Assembly: GCA_010093605.1 (NCBI GenBank)
Contig: MU004195.1
Span: 620,001 to 684,000 of the forward strand
Direction: 5' to 3'
DNA length: 64,000 nucleotides
Origin: Lophium mytilinum
Taxonomy: Eukaryota
The notes under the pieces were generated by a model that did not search any database, had not been told where the DNA came from, and saw nothing but the letters and a program-made list of their open reading frames with translations. This document shows positions 35,897-48,773 of this stretch, one piece after another. How positions within the stretch are numbered: the first letter of the stretch is position 1; every line of letters starts with the position of its first letter. Made by a program: the position numbers and the translations under genes.

Positions 35897-36826
35897 CTAG
35901 TCGTCAAGTCTCGTACATGCCTCGTTGGTACAATCAAGCAAGCTCCAATGCTTCCACTCATGAGTATCATTCAGCCGGCCCAAGGTAGTACCGCATAGAT
36001 GAATATCGACACTGGGTAAACCTCGTGCTTTTCGTACCTCGAATATATCGCGGACTCGACCCAAGACCAAGTTAACCAGGCCGGTAATGGTGTATCCAGG
36101 GACTCGGAATGACGCGTTTGTTGCCAAGGGAATGTAGTACAAGTAAAGCCTGCGCAAATTTGGCAGTGCGGCGATACGACAGAGGAACGCATTACATGAA
36201 TCGAGATAATCGTGTGCGCGAATCCGTACGAATCGGAAGTCGATGAGCCCTTCCTTATAATCAATAAGTAGACGTCCAACTTGCGATCGTATTCGTCTCT
36301 CGTGGATGGAAGCGTCGTTTGTGAGTTCAGGGGATGGTTCATACGACTCTGTGGCACACCATGATCGGGAGCGAAGGCTTGTAAGCTGGTCAGAAGCGTG
36401 GGCAGGTAAGGGTCGTCGTGTCAAGGATTCCGTTAAGACGTAGCCCAGGCTAGAGGGTCGAACCCAGGACATTGAATAGAATCGAGGACTTATGACGAAA
36501 GTGTTGTCTTTGTAAAACACTTCTTCCGCTTCGATGTTGACCTGACGAGAGACATATAGCAAATTGACGTTGACGCTTGGTGAAACGGTTGTGAGTTCAG
36601 GCCACTTGGTTGGATCTTCCCTAAGAAGGCTGACAACCTCTCTTTTACATCGGCGGAGATTCAGCTGCAATTTCAGAGCAAGGTCTGGTTGGTGACCTCC
36701 ATCTTTGTGCCTAGCTACAACTGCGTAAAAGTACACGAGGTCACGCATTTCCCGAGGGAGTTTGAAGAACCCCTTGACGGGGAGGCTGGACGCCTTCCGG
36801 CTTCCGTTCATCTCTTCCTGGTCCAT
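35897..36826 (-). CDS. Hypothetical protein with an N-terminal F-box-like motif
   Basis: FFKLPREMRDLVY...LLYVSRQVNIEAEEVFY..NTF pattern common in fungal F-box-like families. Confidence 0.65.
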   Translation of the reverse strand: MDQEEMNGSRKASSLPVKGFFKLPREMRDLVYFYAVVARHKDGGHQPDLALKLQLNLRRCKREVVSLLREDPTKWPELTTVSPSVNVNLLYVSRQVNIEAEEVFYKDNTFVISPRFYSMSWVRPSSLGYVLTESLTRRPLPAHASDQLTSLRSRSWCATESYEPSPELTNDASIHERRIRSQVGRLLIDYKEGLIDFRFVRIRAHDYLDSCNAFLCRIAALPNLRRLYLYYIPLATNASFRVPGYTITGLVNLVLGRVRDIFEVRKARGLPSVDIHLCGTTLGRLNDTHEWKHWSLLDCTNEACTRLDD

Positions 36827-38269
36827 ATCTTATCACGATCAAGTCTTTTTCGTAGCAAGTGTTGTTCGGTAAATGACTACCTTTCGCAGATGGAGCACGA
36901 TGTGGTAATCGAATGATGGTGCTGCCGAAGCGTGTATGATTGCCGCGTTGCTGGGAGACAAGGTACGACGTGATGGAGCAGTCGGAATAGAGGTCTGGTG
37001 CTTCTGAAGCAGGATGCATTTAGAGGCAGGAGGGTCGAGTCACAAGATGCGTTGAGACCTACTTGAGATGGGACATTGAAGAATGGACGTGGGGTCGTGG
37101 GGTGCTGAGAAACAGGTTATTTTGGCTAGCTCATGTTAGTGCCAAGTACTCTACCTTAAGGGCTGTAATGTACCCCTATTTAGCTCTATTTCACCAACAT
37201 GCCTCTTACCTCGATATTTCACCTTCAAGTCTGCTATCAGTCAGTACTCTCTAGCAAAAAGTCGCGCGCAATAGTGTATAAGACTTACGGTCACGTATTT
37301 GCTGTAGCTGTAGTATTTATTTCACTGCTCAAGGATTCTAACCAATCACGATGCCAGGGGAGGACCACTCTCAACTCCAGTCTCAAAACAGAAACCTTTC
37401 CGGCAAGCTGTATTGAGTGCGGGTATTGTCGAGTACCATGATATAAGGAGCAGCACATGCCACCAATCCTAGAAATGGCGCGGCGTCTTCAGGATACTTA
37501 CCTAGGCACCTTGAGCGCTCCCTGCTGCAGACTCTACCTCCACAAACGTGACTATTATTAGCGCTGCGAGTGTGCAGGGCAATTTGATTAATCGACGCCG
37601 GTGACATGTTTTCCTCCCTGCGTTTCTGCAGGCGATCCCAAACACCAGCCAGTTGACACCCCTGACTTCCCCATATTCCTGTTCGGTGCCGTGGATCGGT
37701 TGCCGAAGCACCTGCTCGACGCTTTCACCACTCCGTACTACGCCGCACAGCTGGGCTCGAGCAGCACTGGCCGCACCGAGTACCGCCGGCCAGGCCCATG
37801 GGCAGAATGGCATGCCAGACTGGCGAGAGACCATCCCCTCGATTGGTGCATCTGCTTCAGAACAGTCCAGCCCCAACTCCACCTGAGAATTGCTGCGAAA
37901 GAGCCCCCCGATGGCGGCCGGATGATGACCGTTAGAGAGGCGGGATGGACTCCGGGACGGGAATAGCTCATCAGCCCCCATGGCTGCGACAGGCCTGCCG
38001 CCGCGGTAAGATTTGTCGCGCGACGCCACTTGACGCCTCTTCTCTCGTAATGCGGAGAAGACGGCTCGTGCTGTGTCGAGGGCTGATGGAGAGACACCTC
38101 TCGCCATCACACACAGCTCCGGCCCAGCGCCTTCTTCATAACCTGCGTGGCTTCGCGGTATCTTTGTTGTCTGTCTGCGCCGCCTTCTTCGTCATGCCCA
38201 GCCATTTCCCCAAAGAGGCGATTCTCTCCCTTTGACATTATCCACTGATAAAATTCTCACGCGTCGACT

Positions 38270-39756
38270 ATGAGCCCGATTCCACGAGAATTAGCGACCG
38301 TCTTCCTTGTGAAGCGGCGTGTCGGACGCCCTACCGATCCCGATGGTCTCGTTCTCGAAGCATGGTCCCAGGGCTATATGGTGGGATCGCTCATCATCAT
38401 GGCTTGCATCACCATTGCGAACATGCGGAAGGGCGTGATACTGCATAAGGTGCGTTTTCGAGCCTATGACCAAGCGCATTGTCGCAAATGCTGCACGAGT
38501 TTAAGCTAATCGTTGCTTCTGATATAGCTCATTCTACTTGAAGTACGTATTTCCAGGAGTGCTGCTTGCCAAAAGTGCGATAATGCACTTTATACCCAAG
38601 CTCCACCTTCCCACCGCGGCTAGATCCTGCATGCCATTTCAACGACCCTCCATACACTCTACTGTCCCTGAATATCGAGGCCGCTCTCGACCACTACATA
38701 TCAGGCATTCCCTCCTTCAATGGTTGCAATTTCCACAACTTGAACGTTCGCACTAACAAATCTTTACAGCTTATCCTAGGTCTCTGGCAGGGCTTCTGGA
38801 TATTCTTCCACGATCCAGTCGGCGGCTGGTGGCTCTCATGCGGCGCCATATTTCTCAACGCCTCCTGGGTTCTACACAATGTGATCGCTTGGATGAAAAT
38901 AAAGCCTTTTCTCTCAAGGCCTGCAAGCATTCTCTTTATCACCACCATCGTCCTTTCCATACCCTACTGGATCCTCGAAATCTACGCCAACTTCGCATAC
39001 TTTCATAACATCAACACCCTATTTCTCAAGACAAGACCATGGGAGGCTTTGTGCCGCGACCCCTGGTGGATATTGACGACCATTGCGCTCTTCTACAACA
39101 TCAAAGTCCGATACGAGCTCAGAATTTCCGACATTATTCGCATATCGCCTCGATTCGGCGTCATGATGGGCGCAATGGTTGTCAGTATAGCATTCATTGT
39201 TATCGACGTCTGCTCCGTCACCGACGCTCTCAAGTCCTCGCTACCGGTTGGAATAAACCCATTCTGGAAACTGGCCTTCGTCTTCAAGTGCCTCACTGAT
39301 TCCGTGGTCCTGGACGACTTCAAGACCGCGCTGGATAGACTACGAGCGTTCAAGATTAGTCGCATGGGAAGCTTCTCCGTGGACACCAGCGATCGGCGCT
39401 CCAGAGGAGATGGCCAATTGGAACATGCGTGGGAACAACAAGCAAGTCGTCCGGGCGTGATCCCACACGTGCCAAGTCCAGACGGCGATTACCTCCAACA
39501 TGATCAATTTCCTGGACTCAAAGACGGCATAAAGCATGTTGAGACTGTCCCCCATGCGCCCGAGCCAGCGCATATGGAGGCTGTGGGAAACGACCCATAC
39601 CTGCCCTCGAGAACGCGCCGCGATAGCTGGGTCCAACTTCACGATATAGGCCATCTTACGGAAGAAAGTGATTATGCGCGCGTTGTAAAGGAGATGTCGA
39701 CCGATTCCAACGCAGAATCTCCCACCCAGAAGAATTTCTCCAGGCCTTCTCCTTAG
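38270..39756 (+). CDS. Multi-pass integral membrane protein (exons 38270-38449, 38528-38542, 38770-39756)
   Basis: About six hydrophobic segments. HK|LILLE|LILG reads in frame through a 15-nt microexon. GINPFWKLAFVFKCLTD motif. Confidence 0.8.
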
Positions 39757-39872
39757 GAAGTGGACTATCGGGTGCAATCGGTCAAACAATGCCTAGACTG
39801 GTCGTTGGACCATTGGGTCTCTTTCGCGAAACGCCGTGCGACGTTTCACGGGTCCGCATGCAACAAGTACCA

Positions 39873-39928
39873 CTGCCGATATGCCAGGTACTGGGTCTGC
39901 CGATATGCCAGGTACTGGGTCTGCTGAT
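39873..39928. repeat. Perfect 24-bp tandem duplication
   Basis: ctgccgatatgccaggtactgggt x2 plus a partial third copy. Confidence 0.9.
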
Positions 39929-40613
39929 TGGACCGAATCGAATACGAATCGCGGGGCCTCCTTCTGGTCATCTATCCGTTGTACGCCACTAGGAGCAAAT
40001 CCAAGGACCACATGCTCGCACTTGCCGGTCAGAACCTTTCTGGGGAATCTCTGCTTCTGGGAACGGCTTTGGTGATACGGCAACGGGCCCATTCGGGCTC
40101 AGTCGACATGACCCGAACGCCATGTAGCCGAGGACGGGATTCTGTGCCCTTTTACATGGCGTTGCGCCGTGAGGTCGGAACACATAGTCCGACCGAGTTT
40201 CATCTATCTACCTCGACAAAAACGCCACTGCATCGGAGATCAAGGCAACATAAGTCACGCGACTATTTTCTGATCCGCTAAATTAAGCGAACTACCCGCC
40301 GCGAACGCTCTGTGCAGACTTCACGGATTGCTGATGCAAGAGTCTCAACAAGGTCTTGTTAAGAAGAATGAGCTACAGGACTGTGTCTCTCATCAAAGTC
40401 TAGACTGGCTCGGTATCATAGACGGTGTCATATCCTCTGAAAAAGGAGATGTTCCCGTACCCTCTCGAACTCAGAGGTGATAGGAGATGGAACGGTGAAG
40501 AGGTGAACGTAAAACGCTCGGTGCCAAAAACCTGGATCTGGAGTGAATGCAATGCAATCCTCGCTTCTATTGTCACCCTCTGACGCGCCAAGCTGAAGCG
40601 CGTCTACCGCGCC

Positions 40614-42368
40614 ATGACGTCGACCTATCACAAGCCTCTCTCGCTCTTTTCTTTCAAAACACACGCCAATCGCCAGCCCTGCGTCAGCTCACTAGCCATC
40701 ACAGGAGAAACACATGAGCACTGGAACACTCTCGCACACTTAAGATCATTAGCGAAGATGGACGCGTCTAGCGAGTCCCTTTCTTTTCGCAACCTCAGGA
40801 CTGGCCGTTTCCAACGGCCTCCAAGAAAGATCAAACGCCTAGATCTAGGTAATGATAAATTGGGGATCGCCACCTGTGGGGAAACCATCAGCATGGACAT
40901 CTCACCTCACAGTAAGCTTTTGGCGGAATCCGGTCAGCAGGCACTAGGCACGCGCCCTGAACTCCTATCAGACGCGGATAGCGGCTATGCAGGGGGAGAC
41001 GTGCCGAAGGCAGCAGAATCGCCCGGTGTCTCGGCCATGTTGCAAACCCACGATCCCACCATCAACATGGGCCAAAACAGCGTGGTTGTCGGTTCGTCGT
41101 CCGCGCCTTCCCCACGTGGCGAGGATTCAGAGGCGCAACCCCTTCTCAACAACACGACGCCTCCTGACATAGCCAATGATGAAGGATCATCGTCACCGCT
41201 ACAGACTCTCGATATGCCGTCCCTGATCTCAGAACCCTATCAGGATGGTCTGAGAAATCGCCTCAGCAACCAATATTTGCCTAGCTCCATCAACCATGAG
41301 ACGAACGGTTCGTCCAGCCGACGCCTGAGCTTAGATGAAGTGCGGATCGCAAACCAAGACCAGAGGCGAAAGAGTCAGACTTTCGAGAGCGGCCAGGTCA
41401 CTGCAGCCATATTACGGAAGCAAGTCGAAGTATTCGCAGCCACCCGGCCGACCCTTCATCAAGGCAAAGGAGATTTTCAGAACAATCACGATGTACAGAG
41501 GCTTCGTTCTGGTCCTATCGATGACTCAGGTCTCCAGGCAGCAACTTCCATGTCAACTCCAGCGGTTATTGGTCTTACAAGCGGCACTACGAGTGATGCT
41601 GCGTGTGCTATTGACATGAATGAGTCTCCGAATAGCGAAGATGGAGACCGCTTCACCAACTACGTTGAGGAAGACTCTTTTGCCTGGATCCAACTACACC
41701 ACCACAGCATTTCCCGCGCAATTGTGGCTGGGGATCCCATCACCACTTTTCCCATGATCTCCAAGCACAAACTAGCACTCTGGAATATGAATCGCACAGG
41801 CACGCACAAGCCAGGTAGTCACTTAGGCCGAATTCTTCTCCCAGCGCCTCCTCCACCGCATGAGCCGGTATATACCATGCGACGCGCACCTCATGATGCT
41901 GGCGCCGAGCAGCATGAGATCGATGAGGCCATTCAGGACTATATCGACGCCATGACTCGGAAAGACAAGCTTAGAATGATTGATGAAATCAACTTCCTAC
42001 TCACTACGCTGCGATGGTCCATGGGTCTCAAGGACCTTCACCAGACCACTATGCAGCCCTTCACCGTCTTTGCTCTGAATCGGCGTCCAGAATTTGTTGA
42101 GGTGGACAAATGGACCTTACTGCACAAGTGGCTTAACCGTCAGCACGAAACCACGGCACTGCAACTCTGGGAGAAGCCGGACATAGAGGAGGGATGGAAC
42201 GTACTGGTGCCCGCGGGGATACCCTCTTGGAGCGGCGTAGATGCGCCGAGCAGCGAGCGTATGTCGCGCCCTTACTCCCCACATCCAGCTGATGAGCGCC
42301 CGAACACAACGTGGTCCCGGAGACCGCAAGACGGGTTCAAGAGTGATTTGAAGAGGGACAATATCTGA
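40614..42368 (+). CDS. Hypothetical protein (start uncertain, possibly 40758)
   Basis: 584-codon ORF with a disordered N-half and a more globular C-terminal region; no recognised motif. Confidence 0.6.
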   Translation: MTSTYHKPLSLFSFKTHANRQPCVSSLAITGETHEHWNTLAHLRSLAKMDASSESLSFRNLRTGRFQRPPRKIKRLDLGNDKLGIATCGETISMDISPHSKLLAESGQQALGTRPELLSDADSGYAGGDVPKAAESPGVSAMLQTHDPTINMGQNSVVVGSSSAPSPRGEDSEAQPLLNNTTPPDIANDEGSSSPLQTLDMPSLISEPYQDGLRNRLSNQYLPSSINHETNGSSSRRLSLDEVRIANQDQRRKSQTFESGQVTAAILRKQVEVFAATRPTLHQGKGDFQNNHDVQRLRSGPIDDSGLQAATSMSTPAVIGLTSGTTSDAACAIDMNESPNSEDGDRFTNYVEEDSFAWIQLHHHSISRAIVAGDPITTFPMISKHKLALWNMNRTGTHKPGSHLGRILLPAPPPPHEPVYTMRRAPHDAGAEQHEIDEAIQDYIDAMTRKDKLRMIDEINFLLTTLRWSMGLKDLHQTTMQPFTVFALNRRPEFVEVDKWTLLHKWLNRQHETTALQLWEKPDIEEGWNVLVPAGIPSWSGVDAPSSERMSRPYSPHPADERPNTTWSRRPQDGFKSDLKRDNI

Positions 42369-44090
42369 TCTGAGGTGTATGGGTCTGACCACGGGGCATG
42401 AAGTCTAGGTCAAACTCCTTCTTTCATGACTCTCGGCAAATAGTGCTTAGGGGAAAGGTTTGCCTGCGCAGGTTGGTCATGGGACGGCTGTTCTTTTGGC
42501 TTGGTGTTTGCATTAGCAAAGGTAAAACTGCATAGCGAGCATACGGTGTTGTGCGAGTCTAGCGTGTGCTATTGGTGCACTTACGAGCATACTGCTGCGG
42601 TGCGTAATGTCTTACTTTGAGATGTCTAATGAATGAATGAATGAATGGATTAGCGAATACGATGTTTCATGCTTGAGTGAGACGACCTAGAAGATATCAC
42701 CCACTTGTTTATGATGAACCTGGAGAGTGTGATCCTGTTATAGAATGATCTATAGCTCCTGATGCATAAGCTCTGTATATTGAAGGATTGAAAGGCCCAG
42801 AAGGAAACGGCGGATGAGCCTGGCCTTCAATGAGAGCTGGCCACCATCTTCAACCCCTGTTATTTACAGAGATCCTCGCACGCCTGGGAAAATGACTAGC
42901 ATTACAGTAATGACGAAGGAGCCAGGCCGTCAGGCTCATCAAATGCTAATTGGATTGCGATAGCCTATCGCAAGACAGCACATGGCCATACGCCGATGCC
43001 TTTGAAAAGACTCAACAAGACTCGAGCCGGGGCGTCGTGGCATGACGAAAATCTCACATCCTCGTACGCGTTATTCTGCCCACGGTCCAAGCTAGGACAA
43101 ACCCGGTTATGCAGGCATGCATCCGAGGTCAGCATTTGAGGAATCTTAGCGGATGCTGAACTCAGCGGTACTGTGAGCTGCTTCCAAGCGAAGAAGCTCT
43201 CAGCTTCGCGGCCAGCATAGGCGCCTTGTGCGGCGTGCCATTATTAGGCCAGCAGCGGTGCGGCCAGTTGGCGGCGCGATTTGCGCGGCCGCTGGCCATT
43301 ATGGGGTTTTGGAAGGGGGCTCGCCGAAAATAGTTAGCGCCGATGGAGCACCCATTGCCATGCATCCTCTCAGCATCACTTTGCGAGACACCAAGCCCTT
43401 CACACCCCATATCCCGTGTGCAGGCCTCGTCGGCTGCTGTATATCTCTCTGCTCGAGTGGCGCTCATTGCCGTGCCGTCGTCTTTGCAACCCTGCTCCCG
43501 CCTTCCGGCTCTCCTACGGGCATTTTATTGCTTCTTGTCCGTCTTCACCAGCCACCCGCTCGATCGGGCATTATCCACAACCCCATCTTCCAAGATTGCG
43601 GCATGTGCAGCCCGATAAACTACGTATCTTGACCTTTGACGACCGTCTCTTGAAGTTTTCTTCGCAGTCCGTCTCAAGCCAGTTCGACTACAGCGAGCAC
43701 GGTCTCGACGGCACTGGCGGAAAGCCTCACCCACATCTATCTTGATTAGTGAGTATTCTACTGCTCAATTCCATCTGCCAGTTCAACCTTGCTTTCGCGG
43801 CACGGCATTGGTATTGGTACTGTTGATAGCAATCGCTCCGCCATTGCTGCGCCTGCTTATAGCGCCCTCATCCTGATCTCAGCAGCTGACGCTGCTGGCA
43901 GCGGGAGAGTACAGATCACCGACCATTCTACACGTTCCCGACATTACACAACAGCAGGCGAGGGTTCCTCGACAAACACTGTAAGTTCTATCCGCTCCGG
44001 TAACTATCCGCACGCTGCGGCTTCATTGTTTTTGCCGCGCACTATTATGATCACGAGGAAGCTAATAATGTGCTTTGTCCAGCCGTCAAG

Positions 44091-47000
44091 ATGAAACGAC
44101 GACGGGGTTCGCTCAAGGCTGATCCCACTACGCCGCCGGCCTCGAAAACAGGTAGGCTTCTGCCCTGTGCCAGTTGCTTTCATCTTCGAGAATTTTCACT
44201 GACCATGACGGCAATTACTAGCCACATCTCCGGGGACAGGCCTGACAGGGAGGCTAAGACGCTCTAGTAAGCGAGGAAATCATAGTACACCTGCGAAACC
44301 AAGCAGACTGCTCCCATCCGGACCCTTTTCGATGACCACGAGAAGGGCTGCGTCGAATGCCACCAACTCCCGGGCGGGATCTGTTGCGAGCGCAAACAGC
44401 CCGGTCCAGCAGCCAGACGCTCCCTTCGACTCCGACACTGAGCGCGTCGCCAAGCGCGCCCGTCTGTCAACAGAGCCCATTTCGCCCCCGAAGCAGATCC
44501 CATCGCCCGCCAGCTCAGGTCAACAGGATGCCGTCGCATCGAAGCCAGCGTCACGCGCCAGCTCGCAGACTTCCAAGACGTCGCGCAAACGTGCGCGAAA
44601 CTCGGATGCCTCCAGCGCCAATGGTGAGACCAATGGCATCCAACTAAAGAAAAACGACAGCGACCAGTCCGAGAAGCGTCCAGCCTTTGCCCGTCGCCAG
44701 AAGAGAGCAAAAGTCGCATCAAAAGAGACGCCGGTCGAGTCGACCGAAAATGCGCCCGTGATCACGGATGAAGCCTCGACAGCATCGCGGTCACCCGAGC
44801 CGAGTCTGGAGAACGCCATCACCCAGCCACTCAAGAACGAAATTCCATCAGCGAGCCAGGAGCCTGTCAAAGTACCCAAACGGCTGCCTGGACGGCGACG
44901 GCAGCCTCACGCCGATGTCAGTATTGAAGCAGATCTTCGCCGCCAGCTTCAGCTCAAAACAGCCTATCGCGCGATCGTCAAAGCGCTAAAACCCGTGCTT
45001 GGCGAATTAAGTCAAAGAACCCTGACTGGGCTGGAAGACGACCCCGAGTACCACAAACAAAGCGAGGATCACCACCTTGTCGCCCAAGAACTGCTCCGGT
45101 ATAAGAAACAAAGAATAGCAGTCGTCGACAACAGAAAACGACTGGCAATTGAAGAACTAGAGCGCCGGAAGACCGCCGAGGAGCATATCCAGAGAGAGCA
45201 ATTTGCAGTATGTCTAATGATCTGTCCCCTTTCTTGGCGTGTCTAACCTCGAATTAGATTCGGGTCCGAAACCTTCAAGAGGACTTGCTCCTCCAGTGCC
45301 AGCATCGCTTGCTGCAACTGGAGCGCGAGCACAAGGGCTTGGATGGTACTGGGACTGACGATGAAGTGAGCCGTGGATCACTCATGTTACACGACTCTGC
45401 TAACGATAAGCAGGATGCCGTCGTGGTTCCGAGACATGGGGCCCAGTACCCCCATAAGTTGACGGGCCCGCTGCCCGCAAAATCTGAATCCCGCAGCAGA
45501 GTGTACATCGAGACTGAAGAAATGTGGAAGCAAGCTGAGGTTCGATTTGATCTCGACAAGGCGCGTAAAGCCTTCGTAAGTCAAAACACGGACGCCGACG
45601 ACGCAATCGAGAACCTTCCCGGAGGATTCGCCGCTTACGCTGGTTTGTCTGGCAATGATCGAGAGCTTGCCACAGCGAGCTACAACGTCGATACGCTTGC
45701 CGATGCCGCGATGCAGTTGGAGCAGACAGCAGCAGACCAAGCGAAGGTTAAGGTCATTCCCAACGAGGAAGCCACCGCATTACTCATGCTTGCGGACCTA
45801 TCTACTCAGCTACCTCTCGCTCCTGGAACTCCTCCGAGTCGCAACGAGCAGCTCAAACCAGCTGCAGCCGCGCCAATGTCGACCCCAGCTAGGAAAACTA
45901 TCATTCCTCCTGTGTCTCCTTATGGACCACCCTCGGCTACATCGACCGCCATGTCACTAGAGACTGCAGAAAGCAGCCCAGTGATGCAGCCAGAACAGCT
46001 GCCCAGCTCTGCACGCCCTATACTCGCAGACGTAAACAGTACTCCAATCCCAACAGTACCCCAGGAAGCTGCAAGGAACGATGCGCCTGTGAAGTCTTCG
46101 AATAAGATAACTGACCTTCTCAATGACGATGCCGAGGAATCTGGAAGCGGACTGAGAGGGCACATGAAGCCCGCAGCGTTGACATATGATGGTACACCGA
46201 CGTCAAATCTTGTCATCAATGGTCCTTCCCAGGGCCCCACTCAAACCCAAGTGATTGATGCACAGCCGGCTCAGTTAAATGGAAATTTGAGGGGCGGAGA
46301 CGGTCGACATGCCGAACACGTTGCTGAACAACGATATCTCCAGAAGCACGAGCGCAAGGCGGCGCCCTATGAGCCCCTTCGCCCACGTGAGAAGTCACCA
46401 CCTCTTGGATTCTGGTCGAACGACACCATGAGCCGGCGCCGAAATTCGAGACATCTCTCACCGGATAGGACGCCATTGACTCGCATCAGGCAGATGTTAG
46501 ATTCCTCTCGACAGCAAACTCCGGACAAGAAACTCGAGCGGGGTGATAGTGAGAGCACGAGCCAGCGACCACCGTCAAGCTCTAACACATCACGCCCCAA
46601 CGACGGCTTTTGGTCCAACTTCCCTCGCTGGGGTTCGGAACTGAGAGCTAAACGGTCTGGCAGCGAGACTGCGTCTGATAAATCAAATTCCCGTCGAGGC
46701 AGCTCGGACAGGACTCATATGAGGCCTCCACCTACTCGTAGCGAGAGCATAGCCCATCCTGCTATAGCCCAGTCATCCAACATGGACGACGGGTCTGCCA
46801 AACCACCCATCCACTGGAGATTCGCACACTACGATTCGCCGGAGCCGGATAAAAAAGCTGAGCGGGCGGGTAGCGACAGCGTCTCTCATACTGTCCGCAG
46901 GGGCAGCTTGGACAAGACTCATATGGGACCTCCACCTTCTCGCCTTAGCATTCCTCACGAGCGGACCGGAAGTGGATCCCGGCTTCCATCCTCCGGCCAC

Positions 47001-47855
47001 AACAGCGCAGCATCCCCTTCAACTGGGCAGTTTTCGTTCTCGCAGTCTCCAAATGACCAACAAGGAAATCATGGGCCGCACACTCGGCCAAGTTCTACAG
47101 AGCAGCATGGATATCGTCCACCGTGGGAAGATGGTCGCCGAGCTAGTGCTCCACAACAACACCCACCACCTATCTCTCCATATGGCCCACCGCCTCAAGG
47201 ATATCCTCCGGATTACAACGGCCAGGCTAGAGCGCCCCCACAGAGTGGTCCACCGCTTCCTCCTTTCGTTCAGACCGCGCAGGCACCACCGCCTTACAAC
47301 TACAGATTTGCGCACTATGATTCGCAAGGTCCTCCACAGCACCAATATCCCACACCAGTGAGCGGCAGCTATGGCCCTCCGCCTCCCCAACCTCCGACAC
47401 ATCAGAGCCCCTACCCCCCCCAACCGCCTCCACAGCACAACCCTGCATACAGTGGTCCACCTTCGTTCAACATGTACCAACCTCAGCAACCGCCCCAGCC
47501 CTACCAATCTCAACCACCGCCACATCACCAACAGGCACCGCCGCCCCACCAGTCACCTTACCCTCCACTCAAGTATTCTGGCTCTCAGTACGGTGGTCAA
47601 CCCATTCTACCCGCAAATATGGATCCCCGCAATTCGCAGTCTACGCCGCCCCAACCGTATGGCCAACCATCACACCCACCAGCATTCTCTCAGCAACCGC
47701 CGCACAAGCCGCAGTTTGAGCACACAACTGGACCTGGTCCGCAGCACGGCCAATCGCAAGAGTATCAGCCGAAACGTAGGCCGCGAAATTACGGTGGTAT
47801 TGCAGGATCTGAGTTCAGGACGTACACGGGCCCGAACCAGAAGCGGAGGCCGTGA
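44091..47855 (+). CDS. Large low-complexity, probably nuclear protein with a coiled-coil region and Pro/Gln-rich tail (introns 44152-44221, ~45208-45258, probably ~45366-45413)
   Basis: Splice phases join the ORFs consistently. Basic NLS-like stretches, helical EADLRRQLQLKTAYRAIVKALKPVL segment, PQ-rich C-terminus. Confidence 0.7.
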
Positions 47856-48773
47856 AGTGGTAGCTGAAGACCGGCAGTGGGGATTTGTATATACTGATTC
47901 TCTTTTTTCCCATCTCCTAACGGTCAACACTCGTTTCTTTCCGGGTCAGACTTTGGATCAGCGACCTGGATACTTGCATGCTCTGTACAACTACTGATTG
48001 TTTGTTTTCCATTCCTCAATCTTGGGCCATGCGGGCCAATACCTTTGGCTAAGGCTGGTGCATCTGCTTAAATTGCATGGAGTTAGGAGTCGTTTTTTCC
48101 ATCACTTGCCTTTTGCTATTCGAATACTTTGCTCTAATCTTTTCCTTCTTTGCTTTTCATTTTCTGCGTTTGGGCAATTCTGTTACCGGCCCTGTGTGGG
48201 CTTTGTTGCTTTGGGTTTCTATGGGGAGGGTTTTGTTAAGCTGGGCTTGCTTGGTGGTGGGCGGTACTGATACCCGGAATGGATGTATCATAGGCAATGC
48301 TATTGGCTTTCAAGTGCTACTGGATGCAAACGTGTGGTGAACTTCTGCTTGTGTCCTAATATAGTGACTCTCTACAGATAGTATAGACCCATCTACCTCC
48401 GTCTAAAGTAGCTTGTTGAGTCTGCCGCTTGTTCCAAATGTAAGGACTTCAGGCCCGTTTATAATGTCAGAAGCGTGTCAAAGGGCTCTGGAATTGGACA
48501 CACAAACTTTCATTCCTACGAAGCTGGGTATGCAGAACCCCATGAACACTCCTTTTTGGCCTGGATTTTCAAGCCTAAGTTGAGACATTTGTGAAGGGTC
48601 CAAAAGGCTGAAGGCGGTGGCAGAAAGTGGGTCTTGGCTTTCGACATCGACGTTTCTGCCTTGACCTTCACCTCACCACGACTTCGCAACTACACCACCC
48701 TGTCCACCCTCTACCGGATGCTACGCTAAACACCAACAACCCGCGAGGACGAAGCGTCTTCTACACCTCCGCC

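Noticed and set aside
37502..38110. Overlapping 120-200 aa ORFs upstream of the membrane protein gene
   Set aside because: No recognisable motifs; likely GC-rich promoter or UTR sequence.
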